Shown: one piece after another, positions 47,704 through 63,000 of the stretch
Layout of the letters: every line of letters begins with the position of its first letter
Position numbering within the stretch: position 1 is the stretch's first letter
DNA from: Macrostomum lignano
Lineage: Eukaryota
NCBI GenBank assembly: GCA_002269645.1
Contig: NIVC01000604.1
Coordinates: 248,001 to 312,000, forward strand
Direction of reading: 5' to 3'
DNA: 64,000 nucleotides
Program-made: the position numbers and the translations under genes
Notes under the pieces: generated by a model
Told to the model about the DNA's origin: nothing
The model's input: the letters and a program-made list of their open reading frames with translations, nothing else
The model's database searches: none

Positions 47704-48614
47704 AACCAGCCTATTATTGCATACAATGAGATCAAGTCTAGCCCCAATAAAAAATTCAAGCATCCAATCATGACGAAGCATTAGGGAGGACTATTCACAA
47801 GCTATAAATCACCTTATCACCGCGTGTCTCCCTGCTCTCCACTGCATTGTGGAGAGCATTTTTCAGACAGTTGGACCAATGGAATCTTGAAACTTTCTGA
47901 TGCTTTTTGTCCATTCTGCGCTCTGCTTTAGATTAGATTTTGGTTAGAGGGTTTAGCACTCTAGCGATCTTTTTTTAATTAGCTTTTTCAGCTACTGTTA
48001 GTAGAACAGCTGCACATTTTTCCGTTTTTGTGTAGTATTATTTCGGTACATATAAATGTTAATTTGCTGTGATTTTCAATGCCAATAAAGAAAATTTCAG
48101 CAACTTTGAATTGGTTGTGCTCAATTTCTAAACTTAATTAGTCCTTGATTACGGTAATAAATCACTAGTAGTAAATCACTATTAATAAATCATTAACCAT
48201 GTCGTAATTTCGTTTTGAGGAATGTTATATCCTCTCTACGCTACTCTTGAATTTTGCTGGCTAAGTAGCCAGTTGCAGCTATTAGTTTTATTTTTTAATT
48301 GGTGGGTTCTGCAAAAGCAGCAATTCATAAAGAGAATTGGTGCGAGGTGCCTCAGCTCAGATTGAATGCGCCCTCAAGTGCTTCGGCTGCCCTCTGGGAC
48401 CTGACCTCCTCATTCACCAGATTGCTTGTGCGCAGCTCAGTTATGGAAGCGCTGAAGTCCATGGAGAGCAGCTCTTCCATTGCTGGCAACAGTATTAAAG
48501 ATGGAAGAGATTTTCTGAGTGCAGGGCAATGTTTATGCAAATTGAACTGGATATCCACTGAGTCTGTCTGCCAGTTTGTACTTCTGGGTTGGGCTCTTTA
48601 GTATATCTATCTGG

Positions 48615-48912
48615 CAGACAGACAATAAACAGACGGACACAGACATGGACAGACGGGCAGACAGTCAACCAGGCAGATGCAGACAGACGGACAGGCAGAC
48701 AAATAGAGAGACAGACAGACAGACACTGAGACAGACAGACAGACAGACAGACAGACACTGAGACAGGCAGACACTGAGACAGGCAGACAAATAGAGAGAC
48801 AGACAGACAGACAGACACTGAGACAGGCAGACAAACAGACACACAAAGACAGACAGATATACAAAGACAGACAGACAGACAAACAGCACACACACACACA
48901 GACAGACACACA
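48615..48912. repeat. (GACA)n degenerate microsatellite
   Basis: Visible directly in the sequence. Confidence 0.92.
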
Positions 48913-49443
48913 GGTTGAATAAAGGCAATACACCAGTTTTGAAAACTTTATAGATAGTGTCAATATATACTGTTTATTAATTTCAGGACAATAAATCTTC
49001 GAAGTCTGTCGCAAGTCGCGGCTATTCAGTTGAGTTTTACGAGTAACAGAAACAACCGGCTGAAGAAATAATAGATTTTACGGGAAGCGTCTCTATTAGT
49101 AAAGTTTTACGCAGTTGGAGTTCAAACAGAGGCATAATGGGAAATGTTAAACCCGTTTGCGGTGCAGACGCTTCGTTCGTACTTTTAAGTTTATTGCATC
49201 GGTGGAATTTCAGTCCAGATTGATAGGACTTAAAAATCTGTTGCTCATAAAGTAGAAAAAAGCAGCTAGTATCGCAGGAGCAGAGTTTAACTCTAAAGCA
49301 AACATGGGAAACTATCTGTACAGGCATGGCCCAGATTTTAACACCAAGGGCATTTGGCTATTGTCTCATTTAACCTTTGGGTCAGCCTTGCTTGCTTAAA
49401 CACACTTTGCTAAGCGTTTATCTACGAGATTTTTTTGTTTATG

Positions 49444-52400
49444 CTCGTTGAGTCACCCAATCAGACACTCGCTGAGTCACCCAATCAGACACTCGCTGAG
49501 TCACCCAGACACTCGCTGAGTCACCCAATTAGACACTCGTGTTGAGTCACCCAATCAGACACTCGTTGAGTCACCCAATCAGACACTCGCTGAGTCACCC
49601 AATTAGACACTCGTGTTGAGTCACCCAATCAGACACTCGCTGAGTCACCCAATTAGACACTCGTGTTGAGTCACCCAATCAGACACTCGCTGAGTCACCC
49701 AATTAGACACTCGTGTTGAGTCACCCAATCAGACACTCGTTGAGTCACCCAATCAGACACTCGTTGAGTCACCCAATCAGACACTCGTTGAGTCACCCAA
49801 TCAGACACTCGCTGAGTCACCCAATCAGACACTCGTGTTGAGTCACCCAATCAGACACTCGTTGAGTCACCCAATCAGACACTCGTTGAGTCACCCAATC
49901 AGACACTCGTTGAGTCACCCAATCAGACACTCGTTGAGTCACCCAATCAGACACTCGTTGAGTCACCCAATCAGACACTCGTTGAGTCACCCAATCAGAC
50001 ACTCGTGTTGAGTCACCCAATCAGACACTCGTTGAGTCACCCAATCAGACACTCGTTGAGTCACCCAATCAGACACTCGTGTTGAGTCACCCAATCAGAC
50101 ACTCGTGTTGAATCACCCAATCAGACACTCGTGTTGAGTCACCCAATCAGACACTCGTTGAGTCACCCAATCAGACACTCGTGTTGAGTCACCCAATCAG
50201 ACACTCGTTGAGTCACCCAATCAGACACTCGTGTTGAGTCACCCAATCAGACACTCGTTGAGTCACCCAATCAGACACTCGTTGAGTCACCCAATCAGAC
50301 ACCCGTTGAGTCACCCAATCAGACACTCGTTGAGTCACCCAATCAGACACTCGTGTTGAGTCACCCAATTAGACACTCGTTGAGTCACCCAATCAGACAC
50401 TCGTTGAGTCACCCAATTAGACACTCGTTGAGTCACCCAATCAGACACTCGCTGAGTCACCCAATCAGACACTCGTGTTGAGTCACCCAATCAGACACTC
50501 GCTGAGTCACCCAATCAGACACTCATTGAGTCACCCAATCAGACACTCGTTGAGTCACCCAATCAGACAACCGTTGAGTCACCCAATCAGACACTCATTG
50601 AGTCACCCAAACAGACACTCATTGAGTCACCCAATCAGACACTCGTTGAGTCACCCAATCAGACACTCGTTGAGTCACCCAATCAGACACTCGTGTTGAG
50701 TCACCCAATCAGACACTCGTGTTGAATCACCCAATCAGACACTCGTGTTGAGTCACCCAATCAGACACTCGTGTTGAGTCACCCAATCAGACACTCGCTG
50801 AGTCACCCAATCAGACACTCATTGAGTCACCCAATCAGACACTCGTTGAGTCACCCAATCAGACAACCGTTGAGTCACCCAATCAGACACTCATTGAGTC
50901 ACCCAATCAGACACTCGTGTTGAGTCACCCAATCAGACACTCGTTGAGTCACCCAATCAGACACTCGTTGAGTCACCCAATCAGACACTCGTGTTGAGTC
51001 ACCCAATCAGACACTCGTGTTGAATCACCCAATCAGACACTCGTGTTGAGTCACCCAATCAGACACTCGTTGAGTCACCCAATCAGACACTCGTTGAGTC
51101 ACCCAATCAGACACTCGTTGAGTCACCCAATCAGACACTCGTTGAGTCACCCAATCAGACACTCGTTGAGTCACCCAATCAGACACTCGCTGAGTCACCC
51201 AATCAGACACTCGTGTTGAGTCACCCAATCAGACACTCGTTGAGTCACCCAATCAGACACTCGTTGAGTCACCCAATCAGACACTCGTGTTGAGTCACCC
51301 AATCAGACACTCGTGTTGAATCACCCAATCAGACACTCGTGTTGAGTCACCCAATCAGACACTCGTTGAGTCACCCAATCAGACACTCGTGTTGAATCAC
51401 CCAATCAGACACTCGTGTTGAGTCACCCAATCAGACACTCGTTGAGTCACCCAATCAGACACTCGTGTTGAGTCACCCAATCAGACACTCGTTGAGTCAC
51501 CCAATCAGACACTCGTGTTGAGTCACCCAATCAGACACTCGTTGAGTCACCCAATCAGACACTCGTTGAGTCACCCAATCAGACACCCGTTGAGTCACCC
51601 AATCAGACACTCATTGAGTCACCCAATCAGACACTCATTGAGTCACCCAATTAGACACTCGTTGAGTCACCCAATCAGACACTCGTTGAGTCACCCAATT
51701 AGACACTCGTTGAGTCACCCAATCAGACACTCGCTGAGTCACCCAATCAGACACTCGTGTTGAGTCACCCAATCAGACACTCGCTGAGTCACCCAATCAG
51801 ACACTCATTGAGTCACCCAATCAGACACTCGTTGAGTCACCCAATCAGACAACCGTTGAGTCACCCAATCAGACACTCATTGAGTCACCCAAACAGACAC
51901 TCATTGAGTCACCCAATCAGACACTCATTGAGTCACACAATTAGACAACCGTGTTGAGTCACCCAATCAGACACTCCTTGAGTCACCCAATCAGACACTC
52001 GTGTTGAGTCACCCAATCAGACACTCGTTGAGTCACCCAATCAGACACTCGTGTTGAGTCACCCAATCAGACACTCGTTGAGTCACCCAATCAGACACTC
52101 GTGTTGTCACCCAATCAGACACCCGTTGAGTCACCCAATCAGACACTCGTGTTGAGTCACCCAATCAGACACTCGTGTTGAGTCACCCAATCAGACACTC
52201 GTTGAGTCACCCAATCAGACACTCGTTGAGTCACCCAATCAGACACTCGTGTTGAGTCACCCAATCAGACACTCGTGTTGAGTCACCCAATCAGACACTC
52301 GTGTTGAGTCACCCAATCAGACACTCGTGTTGAGTCACCCAATCAGACACTCGTTGAGTCACCCAATCAGACACTCGTGTTGAGTCACCCAATCAGACAC

Positions 52401-53950
52401 TCGTTGAGTCACCCAATCAGACACTCGTGTTGAGTCACCCAATCAGACACTCGTTGAGTCACCCAATCAGACACTCGTTGAGTCACCCAATCAGACACCC
52501 GTTGAGTCACCCAATCAGACACTCATTGAGTCACCCAATCAGACACTCATTGAGTCACCCAATTAGACACTCGTTGAGTCACCCAATCAGACACTCGTTG
52601 AGTCACCCAATTAGACACTCGTTGAGTCACCCAATCAGACACTCGTTGAGTCACCCAATTAGACACTCGTTGAGTCACCCAATCAGACACTCGTTGAGTC
52701 ACCCAATCAGACACTCGTTGAGTCACCCAATCAGACACTCGTTGAGTCACCCAATCAGACACCCGTTGAGTCACCCAATCAGACACTCATTGAGTCACCC
52801 AATCAGACACTCATTGAGTCACCCAATTAGACACTCGTTGAGTCACCCAATCAGACACTCGTTGAGTCACCCAATTAGACACTCGTTGAGTCACCCAATT
52901 AGACACTCGTTGAGTCACCCAATCAGACACTCGCTGAGTCACCCAATCAGACACTCGTGTTGAGTCACCCAATCAGACACTCGCTGAGTCACCCAATCAG
53001 ACACTCGTGTTGAGTCACCCAATCAGACACTCGCTGAGTCACCCAATCAGACACTCGTGTTGAGTCACCCAATCAGACACTCGTGTTGAGTCACCCAATC
53101 AGACACTCATTGAGTCACCCAATCAGACACTCGTTGAGTCACCCAATCAGACACTCGTTGAGTCACCCAATCAGACACTCATTGAGTCACCCAAACAGAC
53201 ACTCATTGAGTCACCCAATCAGACACTCATTGAGTCACACAATTAGACAACCGTGTTGAGTCACCCAATCAGACACTCCTTGAGTCACCCAATCAGACAC
53301 TCGTGTTGAGTCACCCAATCAGACACTCGTTGAGTCACCCAATCAGACACTCCTTGAGTCACCCAATCAGACACTCGTGTTGAGTCACCCAATCAGACAC
53401 TCGTGTTGAGTCACCCAATCAGACACTCGTTGAGTCACCCAATCAGACACTCCTTGAGTCACCCAAACAGACACTCATTGAGTCACCCAATCAGACACTC
53501 GTGTTGAGTCACCCAATCAGACACTCGTGTTGAGTCACCCAATCAGACACTCGTGTTGTCACCCAATCAGACACCCGTTGAGTCACCCAATCAGACACTC
53601 GTGTTGAGTCACCCAATCAGACACTCGTTGAGTCACCCAATCAGACACCCGTTGAGTCACCCAATCAGACACCCGTTGAGTCACCCAATCAGACACTCGT
53701 GTTGAGTCACCCAATCAGACACTCGTTGAGTCACCCAATCAGACAACCGTTGAGTCACCCAATCAGACACTCGTTGAGTCACCCAATCAGGCACTCGTTG
53801 AGTCACCCAATCAGACACCCGTTGAGTCACCCAATCAGACACTCGTTGAGTCACCCAATCAGGCACTCGTTGAGTCACCCAATCAGACACCCGTTGAGTC
53901 ACCCAATCAGACACTCGTTGAGTCACCCAATCAGGCACTCGTTGAGTCAC
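49444..53950. repeat. 24/26-bp satellite (GTTGAGTCACCCAATCAGACACTC[GT])n, ~4.5 kb
   Basis: Roughly 180 units (length divided by unit size); nearly every unit contains TGAGTCA and CCAATCA. Confidence 0.98.
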
Positions 53951-54043
53951 TCGGCACTCATTTAATCCCAACATGCGCTCAAGAGCACACGGCTTCACTC
54001 CCCAAGCAAGCGGAATTGAGTACAGGAGGGCCAGGCTGCTTAG

Positions 54044-57000
54044 CTAGGTCAGCTCCAAGACGTCAGCGCAGGGCAGCTGTGGCGGCGCCGGCTTTCCCGG
54101 CTTGACGTGTCGCAGCGACGCCGCCGAGCCCAGACTCGCCTGCGACGGCGGCGGCGGCAGGCTGCTCAGTGACTTGCCGGCCAGGGCCATGGCGTTCTCC
54201 GTCACCTGGCGAAATGCGCGCTGCACCCTGTGCCGGCGCCAGGCCCGCTGAAGCGTCTTGGCGGCGATGTCCTCCTTCTTGCGCCGCATCGTGGTCGAGA
54301 TGGCCACCGTGCGCACTCGAGTGGGAAAAGTTTCTCGGAATTTCTTTTCAATTTCGTCCAGCGTGTTGCGGAAATGGTCCGAGTCCTCGATGTCGCCAAG
54401 GACGTGGCGCACCAGAGCCACCAGTACGTCCAAGCAGTGCAGTTTGTCGCCCTCGACAATCGGGATGTCGAAGGAGGTCAGCGCGATGATGTTCGGCTTC
54501 GGGATACCCAACGGCTCGTCCAGCTCGTCCACGAACTCGGACAGCTGTTCGTACTTGATGTACTGCGACGCGTGCGGGTCGTAGCGCTCCCAGACCATGT
54601 AGAACATGTCGAAGTCGTCATCCGTGATGCCGACCTCCTCCTGCTCGTGCGCCTGGTTGAAGTTCTCCAGGATGATGGCGATGTACAGGTTGATGACGAT
54701 CAGTCTGGTGACAAAAACGAAGCTGGCCATGAAGATGACGGCCATCTCCGGGAATGAGCAGTTGCCGTTGAGCGTCGGCCTGGCGACTCCGTTGCGGATG
54801 ACGTGTGTGGAGTTGCAGTCGGGCGGCTGCACCATCAGCGAGTAGAGGATGTCGTTCCAGCCGGCGCTAGTGGTGAGTCGGAACAGCAGCACCATGCTGC
54901 GGCCGAACGTCTCGAAGTTGACGAGGTCGTTCAATGCTCCGGTGTGCACCACGTTGCCGAAGAAGATCATCCCGATGATGGCGTAGATGAAGACAACCAG
55001 GAGCAGCAGGGCGCCGATGTTCACCAGCGCCGGCAGCGAGATGACGAGGGCGAACAGCAGCTTGCGGATGCCCTTCGCCGCCTTGATGAGGCGCAGCACC
55101 CGACCGATGCGGAAGATGCGCACCACCCGGAGCAGAGTCGGCGTGACGAACACGCTGTTCATGATGTCGCTGAGCACTGCGCCTGGGGTTGGGGGAGGGA
55201 GGGGGCTCAATTTGGCTGCAGCGTTGCTTCTGTTCAGAGTGTCTTTTATGCATATCTTTGATAGATGGAATCTGCCTGCTGGCATCCCAATCTGCCTACT
55301 GACATCCCAATCTACCTGCTGACATCCCAATCTACCTACTGACATCCCAATCTATCTGCTGACATCCCAATCTACCTACTGACATCCCAATCTACCTGCT
55401 GACATCCCAATCTACCTACTGACATCCCAATCTACCTGCTGACATCCCAATCTACCTATTGACATCCCAATCTGCCTACTGACATCCCAATCTACCTGCT
55501 GACATCCCAATCTACCTACTGACATCCCAATCTACCTGCTGACATCCCAATCTACCTACTGACATCCCAATCTACCTACTGACATCCCAATCTACCTACT
55601 GACATCCTAATCTGCCTACTGACATCCCAATCTACCTGCTGACATCCCAATCTACCTGCTGACATCCCAATCTACCTACTGACATCCCAATCTATCTGCT
55701 GACATCCCAATCTACCTACTGACATCCCAATCTATCTGCTGACATCCCAATCTACCTACTGACATCCCAATCTATCTGCTGACATCCCAATCTACCTACT
55801 GACATCCCAATCTGCCTACTGACATCCCAATCTACCTACTGACATCCCAATCTACCTACTGACATCCCAATCTGCCTACTGACATCCCAATCTACCTATT
55901 GACATCCCAATCTACCTACTGACATCCCAATCTACCTACTGACAACATACACCCGTCCTACAAATAGGATGCCCGCGCCGCAGCGACCTTGGTGGTTGAA
56001 ATCAAAGCAAGAGAACAACACAGTAAAAGTGCAGCGTGGAATAAAAGTACAACACACATTTAGTGCTTTAAGATAAAAAACTTTGAATCAGTTCGACGCT
56101 GAACTATGCAAAAAGTTTTTGAAGAGCGAATTAAATATTGTGAAAATGACACACAATGGCAATAAAGGCAATTAAGGATTACTACAAGTGGATTTTAACA
56201 GACATTCAAAGTAAGCCTTTTACCTGGCTGCAGCTTAGAGACCACATCTGTTAATTTGGGGTCACGGATGGTGGTTTCAGTTTACCATATGTGCATAAAA
56301 AAAGTTTAATGCGTCATGGAAGTACATGCGTTTGTAAAACCATTTCCAACTCTACTCCATCACCATCACTTTCAGCTGTGATTGAATACTAAGTTCAGGA
56401 TAGAAAAGGTCACCTGTCGCTCAAAATATCGCCCTATCACGGACACATCATGAGGTCACGGGTCTCTCACGGACACATCATGAGGGCACGGGTCACTCAA
56501 CTAATCACCAACTCACGGACACGTCATGAGGTCACGGGTCTCTCACGGACACATCATGAGGTCACGGGTCACTCAAATAATCACCAACTCACGGACACAT
56601 CATGAGGTCACAGGTCACTCAAATAATCACCAACTCACGGACACATCATGAGGTCACGGGTCACTCAAATAATCACCAACTCACGGACACGTCATGAGGT
56701 CACGGGTCACTCAAATAATCACCAACTCACGGACACGTCATGAGGTCACGGGTCACTCAAATAATCACCAACTCACGGACACGTCATGAGGTCACGGGTC
56801 ACTCAAATAATCACCAACTCACGGACACATCATGAGGTCACGGGTCACTCAAATAATCACCAACTCACGAACACATCATGAGGTCACGGGTCACTCAAAT
56901 AGTCAACAACTCACGGACACATCATGAGGTCACGGGTCACTCAAATAATCACCAACTCACGAACACATCATGAGGTCACGGGTCACTCAAATAGTCAACA

Positions 57001-60000
57001 ACTCACGGACACATCATGAGGTCACGGGTCTCTCAAATAATCACCAACTCACGGACACATCATGAGGTCACGGGTCTCTCAAATAATCACCAACTCACGG
57101 AGACACCATGAGGTCACGGGTCTCTCACGAACACATCATGAGGTTACGGGTCACTCAAATAGTCCCCAACTCACCAACAATGCTGAGCACCACAATGACA
57201 AAGTCGAAGACATTCCAGGCCTGACGAAAGTAATGCCACCGCAGGCCGACAATCTTAATGACGGCCTCCATAGTGAAGACCGTCGTGAAGGCAATGTTGA
57301 CGACTTCCAGGCACTGAGTGACCGCCGGCTCCTGTCTGTAGTGCTCAACCATCATGGCCATCATGTTGAGGAAGATCAGGACTACTATGGTCAGCTCAAA
57401 CCTGTTGTTCACCGCCACGTCAAAGAAGAACTCTTGGACGCGGTTCTGGAAGCCGTTAGGATAGCTTGAGTAGTTCTATGACATGACTCCATGACCTGAA
57501 ATAACCTAAAAAATGCTCACCTTTGGCCGTCGAATTGTCTTCTGCGGCTTCTTCTTACCAAGCTTGCGCATGGTGTGATAATAATTCCTCTGGCTGGGGG
57601 TCAGGAACACCTCCAGCACGTTCTCCCTCTGCGGGCGGCGGGTGCTCACTCAGATTAACTCAATCAGGTTTAATCCGCTCCGTCACCAGAACCCACAGCC
57701 AACAGCAAGCGAAGAGAAAACACCCACCATCTTCACCGAACCCCAACTTCAATGCATTACCTTTTTCTTCAGGGAATTAAAATTATCAATGATGACTCCG
57801 ATGAACAAGTTCAGAGTGAAGAAAGCGCCAAATACGATGAAGACAACAAAGTACAGGTAGTAGACCATCTGGCTCTCCCGCCTCGGTTGTTCGTCGATTG
57901 AGGTGGAGTCGATTGCGTCTTGCATCACCTCCATCCAGCCTTCGAAGGTTGCCTGGATGATTGAGTGAAATTGAGTTGTAGACTGATTTTTCGTAGTGAT
58001 TATTTATTTGGCGTCAATTATTGATTTCAAAATTTTATACAACATGGGACGAAATAGATAATGCGACGCCCACCTCACTCCGCAACATTTACCTCGCTCA
58101 ACAACACCCACCTCACTCCGCAACATCCACCTCACTCCACAAAACCCACCTCACTCCGCAACACCCACCTCACTGCTCAACACCTACCTCACTCCGCAAC
58201 ACCCACCTCACTCCGCAACACCCGAATCACTCCGAAACATCCACCTCACTCTACAACACCCACATCCCTACTCAACATCCACATCCCTCTGTAACGCCCA
58301 CCTCACTCCGCAACATTTACCTCGCTCAACAACATCCACCCCACTCAACAACACCCATCTCACTCCGCAACACCCACTTCAATCCGCAACACCCACTTCA
58401 ATCCGCAACACCCACTTCAATCCGCAACACCCACTTCAATCCGCAACACCCACTTCAATCCGCAACACCCACTTCAATCCGCAACACCCACTTCAATCCG
58501 CAACACCCACTTCAATCCGCAACACCCACTTCAATCCGCAACACCCACTTCAATCCGCAACACCCACTTCAATCCGCAACTCGGTTCAATCCGCAACACC
58601 CACTTCAATCCGCAACACCCACTTCAATCCGCAACACCCACTTCAATCCGCAACACCCACCTCAATCCGCAACACCCACTTCAATCCGCAACACCCACTT
58701 CAATCCGCAACACCCACCTCAATCCGCAACAACCACTTCGCTCGTCAACACCCACTTCAATCCGCAACGCCCACCTCAATCCGCAACAACCACTTCGCTC
58801 GTCAACACCCACTTCAATCCACAACACCCACTTCAATCCGCAACACCCACTTCAATCCGCAACACCCACTTCAATCCGCAACACCCACTTCAATCCGCAA
58901 CACCCACTTCAATCCGCAACACCCACTTCAATCCGCAACACCCACTTCAATCCGCAACACCCACTTCAATCCGCAACACCCACTTCAATCCGCAACACCC
59001 ACTTCAATCCGCAACACCCACCTCAATCCGCAACACCCACCTCAATCCGCAACACCCACTTCAATCCGCAACACCCACTTCAATACGCAACACCCACTTC
59101 AATCCGCAACACCCACTTCAATCCGCAACACCCACTTCAATCCGCAACACCCACTTCAATCCGCAACACCCACTTCAATCCGCAACACCCACTTCAATCC
59201 GCAACACCCACTTCAATCCGCAACACCCACTTCAATCCGCAACACCCACTTCAATCCGCAACACCCACTTCAATCCGCAACACGGTTCAATCCGCAACAC
59301 CCACTTCAATCCGCAACACCCACTTCAATCCGCAACACCCACTTCAATCCGCAACACCCACTTCAATCCGCAACACCCACTTCAATCCGCAACACCCACT
59401 TCAATCCGCAACACCCACCTCAATCCGCAACAACCACTTCGCTCGTCAACAACCACTTCAATCCGCAACGCCCACCTCAATCCGCAACAACCACTTCGCT
59501 CGTCAACACCCACCTCAATCCACAACACCCACTTCAATCCGCAACACCCACTTCAATCCGCAACACGGTTCAATCCGCAACACCCACTTCAATCCGCAAC
59601 ACCCACTTCAATCCGCAACACCCACTTCAATCCGCAACACCCACTTCAATCCGCAACACCCACCTCAATCCGCAACAACCACTTCGCTCGTCAACAACCA
59701 CTTCAATCCGCAACGCCCACCTCAATCCGCTGGGAACTCCACCTTATCTGTCTACTATCCACACAGTATTCGAATAAAATTCGTCAACTCACCACCTGGA
59801 AGAGCGCAATATAGCCCATAACAACGTTGTCAAAGTGGATCAGCGAGTTTCTCCACCGGTAGCCCAGTGCTGAGCCGTTCTCGCACTGAGCCCGGTTCTG
59901 CACTACGCTGTAGGCCAGCCGGTTGCCCTCTGCATCCACGCACTTGAAGAACTTGCCCTTGAACAGCTGCACGCCAGTGATGCTGAATATGAGCCAGAAC

Positions 60001-63000
60001 AGCATGCACACCAGCAGCACGTTGCCGATGGAGGGAATGGCCCGGACCAGGCAGTTCACCACCATCTGCAAGCATCCGTGACAGGGTCAGCTTTTGGTGA
60101 GAGGGGTTTGCTACTCTCCAGTTATTCCCCTCATTATTCTCCCTACTCGTTTCTAACCATCACTCCCTATCAACCCACCTCACCCCTTATTACCCACCTC
60201 AAAACTTATCACCCACCCCACTCCGATCACCCTTCTCACCCTATATCACCCACCTCACCCCTTATCATCCACGTTACTTATTATCATTCACCTCACCCCT
60301 TATTACCCACCTCACCTTTTATTACCCAACTCACCCTTATCACCCACCTCACCCCTATCACCCACCTCACCTTTATCACCTGCCTCACCCCTTATTACCC
60401 ACCTCACCCTTTATTCACCTCAAGACTTATAACCCACCTCACCCTTATCACCCCACCTCACCCTTATCACCCCACCTCACCCTTATCACCCCACCTCACC
60501 CTTATCACCCCACCTCACCCTTATCACCCCACCTCACCCCTTATTACCCACCTCAACATTTATCACCCACCTGCATCCTTATCACCCACCTGAATCCTCA
60601 TCACCCATCTACCCAACATCGCGACTAGACCGGGCACCCCACCTTCATGCCCTGCCACCGGCTGATGGTCCGGAGCGGCCTGAAGGCTCGCAGGGACCGC
60701 AGCACCCGCATCGCGCTGATCTGGCTCACATTGGTTGCCAGGGCGTCCGTCAGCAGGTCAGTGATTGAAACCTTGAAAAATTAATAAGTGGTATAGAGCC
60801 GCAGTTATCACAGTTAGAAACAGTGAAGCGGCACGCACAATTTTCTCAATCCATTAGCAAGTTGGAGAAACAATAACAGCCTAAGATTGATGACGCCGTG
60901 AGGCTGGGAAAGTGTGGTTGGGAAAACTTCCCAAGGCCCAGGAGGGGAGGGGGGGGGTCTGATTTCGATTCTGAATCGCACGCACTTTCCCTGCGTGGCT
61001 GGCTTGCTGGCTTCCTGCGCTTGGGGGGCCTGCGAAAATCTGAGAGGGATGAAGCATTAGGGATGAGGCAGCCACAAGGATGCTGGGATGCAGGCACTCG
61101 GCAATCAAAACTGGTTTTTACGATCCTCCATCCGGGTGCGAGCACCGGCCAAGGGGGGAAGAGGAGAGCGGCGGCGCCGAGTCTCACCATGACAATCAGG
61201 AAATCCAAGCAGCTCCACAGCTCGCTGAAGTAGCCCTTGAAGCCCATCGCGATCCACTTGGCGACCATCTCCATGGTAAATAAGATTGTGAAGACAATGT
61301 TCAGCTGCTTCAGTACAAACTTCAGGGTTGGCTTCTCGTCCAGGTAGATGTCCTCGAAGCACTGGCGGGGACAGGAGGGTGCGAATGAGGTTGTAAATTC
61401 AGCAGCTTAGTCAAGTGTTGAGGCTAGGACTGCACCGCGTTGAGGACTTCCCGTATGCAAATTTCGCAACTGCAGACTGTTCTGCTGTGCCCAATGCAAT
61501 CAGTTCGCTAGTTCAGTTTGCCGCAAGTTTAGTCAACCTCTTTCCCGCTCCCTACCGCAAGTTTAGTCAACCTCTTTCCCGCTCCCTACCGCAAGTTTAG
61601 TCAACCTCTTTCCCGCTCCCTACCGCAAATTTAGTCACCCGCTTTTCCGCTCCCTACCGCAAGTTTAGTCACACGCTTTTCCAAAGTCCACCCCTATAGG
61701 CCGCTCACCAGAGTGATGGAGCTGGCCAAGATGATGCAGAGCACCACGCCTTCGAAGGCCCTGTGCTCGGTGACCCGCAGCATCAGGCGCCGCAGCCGGT
61801 CCCACCGCCGGCCGTGCCGGGTGTCGGGCAGGCACAGGCAGCACAGGCAGCACCTGCTAGCCACAAAAGGCCGGCTGCACTGCGGCAGGCAGCAGGCAGG
61901 CGGGTCCTTCTCAACGGTCGGCTCCGAGGCCGCGGCATCGCCAGCGTCTGTGTCGGCGGCGTCGGCATCGTCAGTTTGATTGACAGCTTCGGCACGTTCG
62001 TCGCTGTCGGCATCGAGAGCCAGTGCGTCACTGGACGCTGCTACTTGCTGCGGCTGCGGCTGCTCTGACACGGGATCTTGAAAAGTGACTGAAGCTCTTT
62101 GCTTCTGCTTCTGCTCTTGTTGTTCTACCTGCTCCTGCTCGTCCTGCTGCCCAGGATCTGCAGATTGAAGCTCGCGATCTTGCTGCTCCTGCGACTTCTG
62201 AGATCGGCTTCCACGTCGACCTGGATAGAAGTATTAGTTAATACTCCTCTCTTACTTTGCTTTTGTTAGTCTTTATGCGATGGTGGATGTTGCAGAGTGT
62301 GCTTCGGAGTGAGGTGGGTATTGAGGAGTGAGGTGGGTGTTGGGGAGTGAGGTGGGTGTTGGGGAGTGAGGTGGGTGTTGGGGAGTGAAGTGGGTGTTGG
62401 GGAATGAGGTGGGTGATGGGGAGTGAGGTGGGTGTTGGGGAGTGAAGTGGGTGTTGGGGAATGAGGTGGGTGTTGGGGAGTGAAGTGGGTGTTGGGGAGT
62501 GAGGTGAGTGTTGGGGTGAGGTGGGTGTTGTAGAGTGAGGTGGATGTTTTATTATTTTTTTATTAGAGGCAGGGGGGTTATGTGCGCCCTGGCGCACTTT
62601 AAGCTACATAGGCACAAAACCGGCGAGAGGCATTACTGCCCATTCCGCCGACTCCCCTGAGCAGGCATACAAGCGCGCGGATCCGTACGCAGGCACATAC
62701 TCACACAGGAATGTACAGCGGCCCTAACTTTATTTATCGTTAGGCATGTACATTTCACTGCGCCTTGGGGGGTTGGCTCTCAAGGCCGTTAATTGCACGA
62801 GCAGAGCCAAGCCGAGATTCCAATTCAGCCCCAAATTAGTGACTGCACTTGGAATCGAGCCTGGATCGCTGGCACACCAGAGCCTTCGCTAGACCGCTGG
62901 GCTACGGCCCCCCTCGAGGTGGATGTTGCGGAGTGAGGTAGGTGTTGAGGATTGAGGTGGGTGTTGAGGATTGAGGTGGGTGTTGGGGAATGAGGTGGGT

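Noticed and set aside
58021-59814. 597-aa mucin-like ORF
   Set aside because: It is antisense to a Nav2 intron and made of the 19-bp array.
62850-62910. tRNA gene
   Set aside because: A and B boxes are present, but no cloverleaf completes and the sequence continues into a repeated SINE body.
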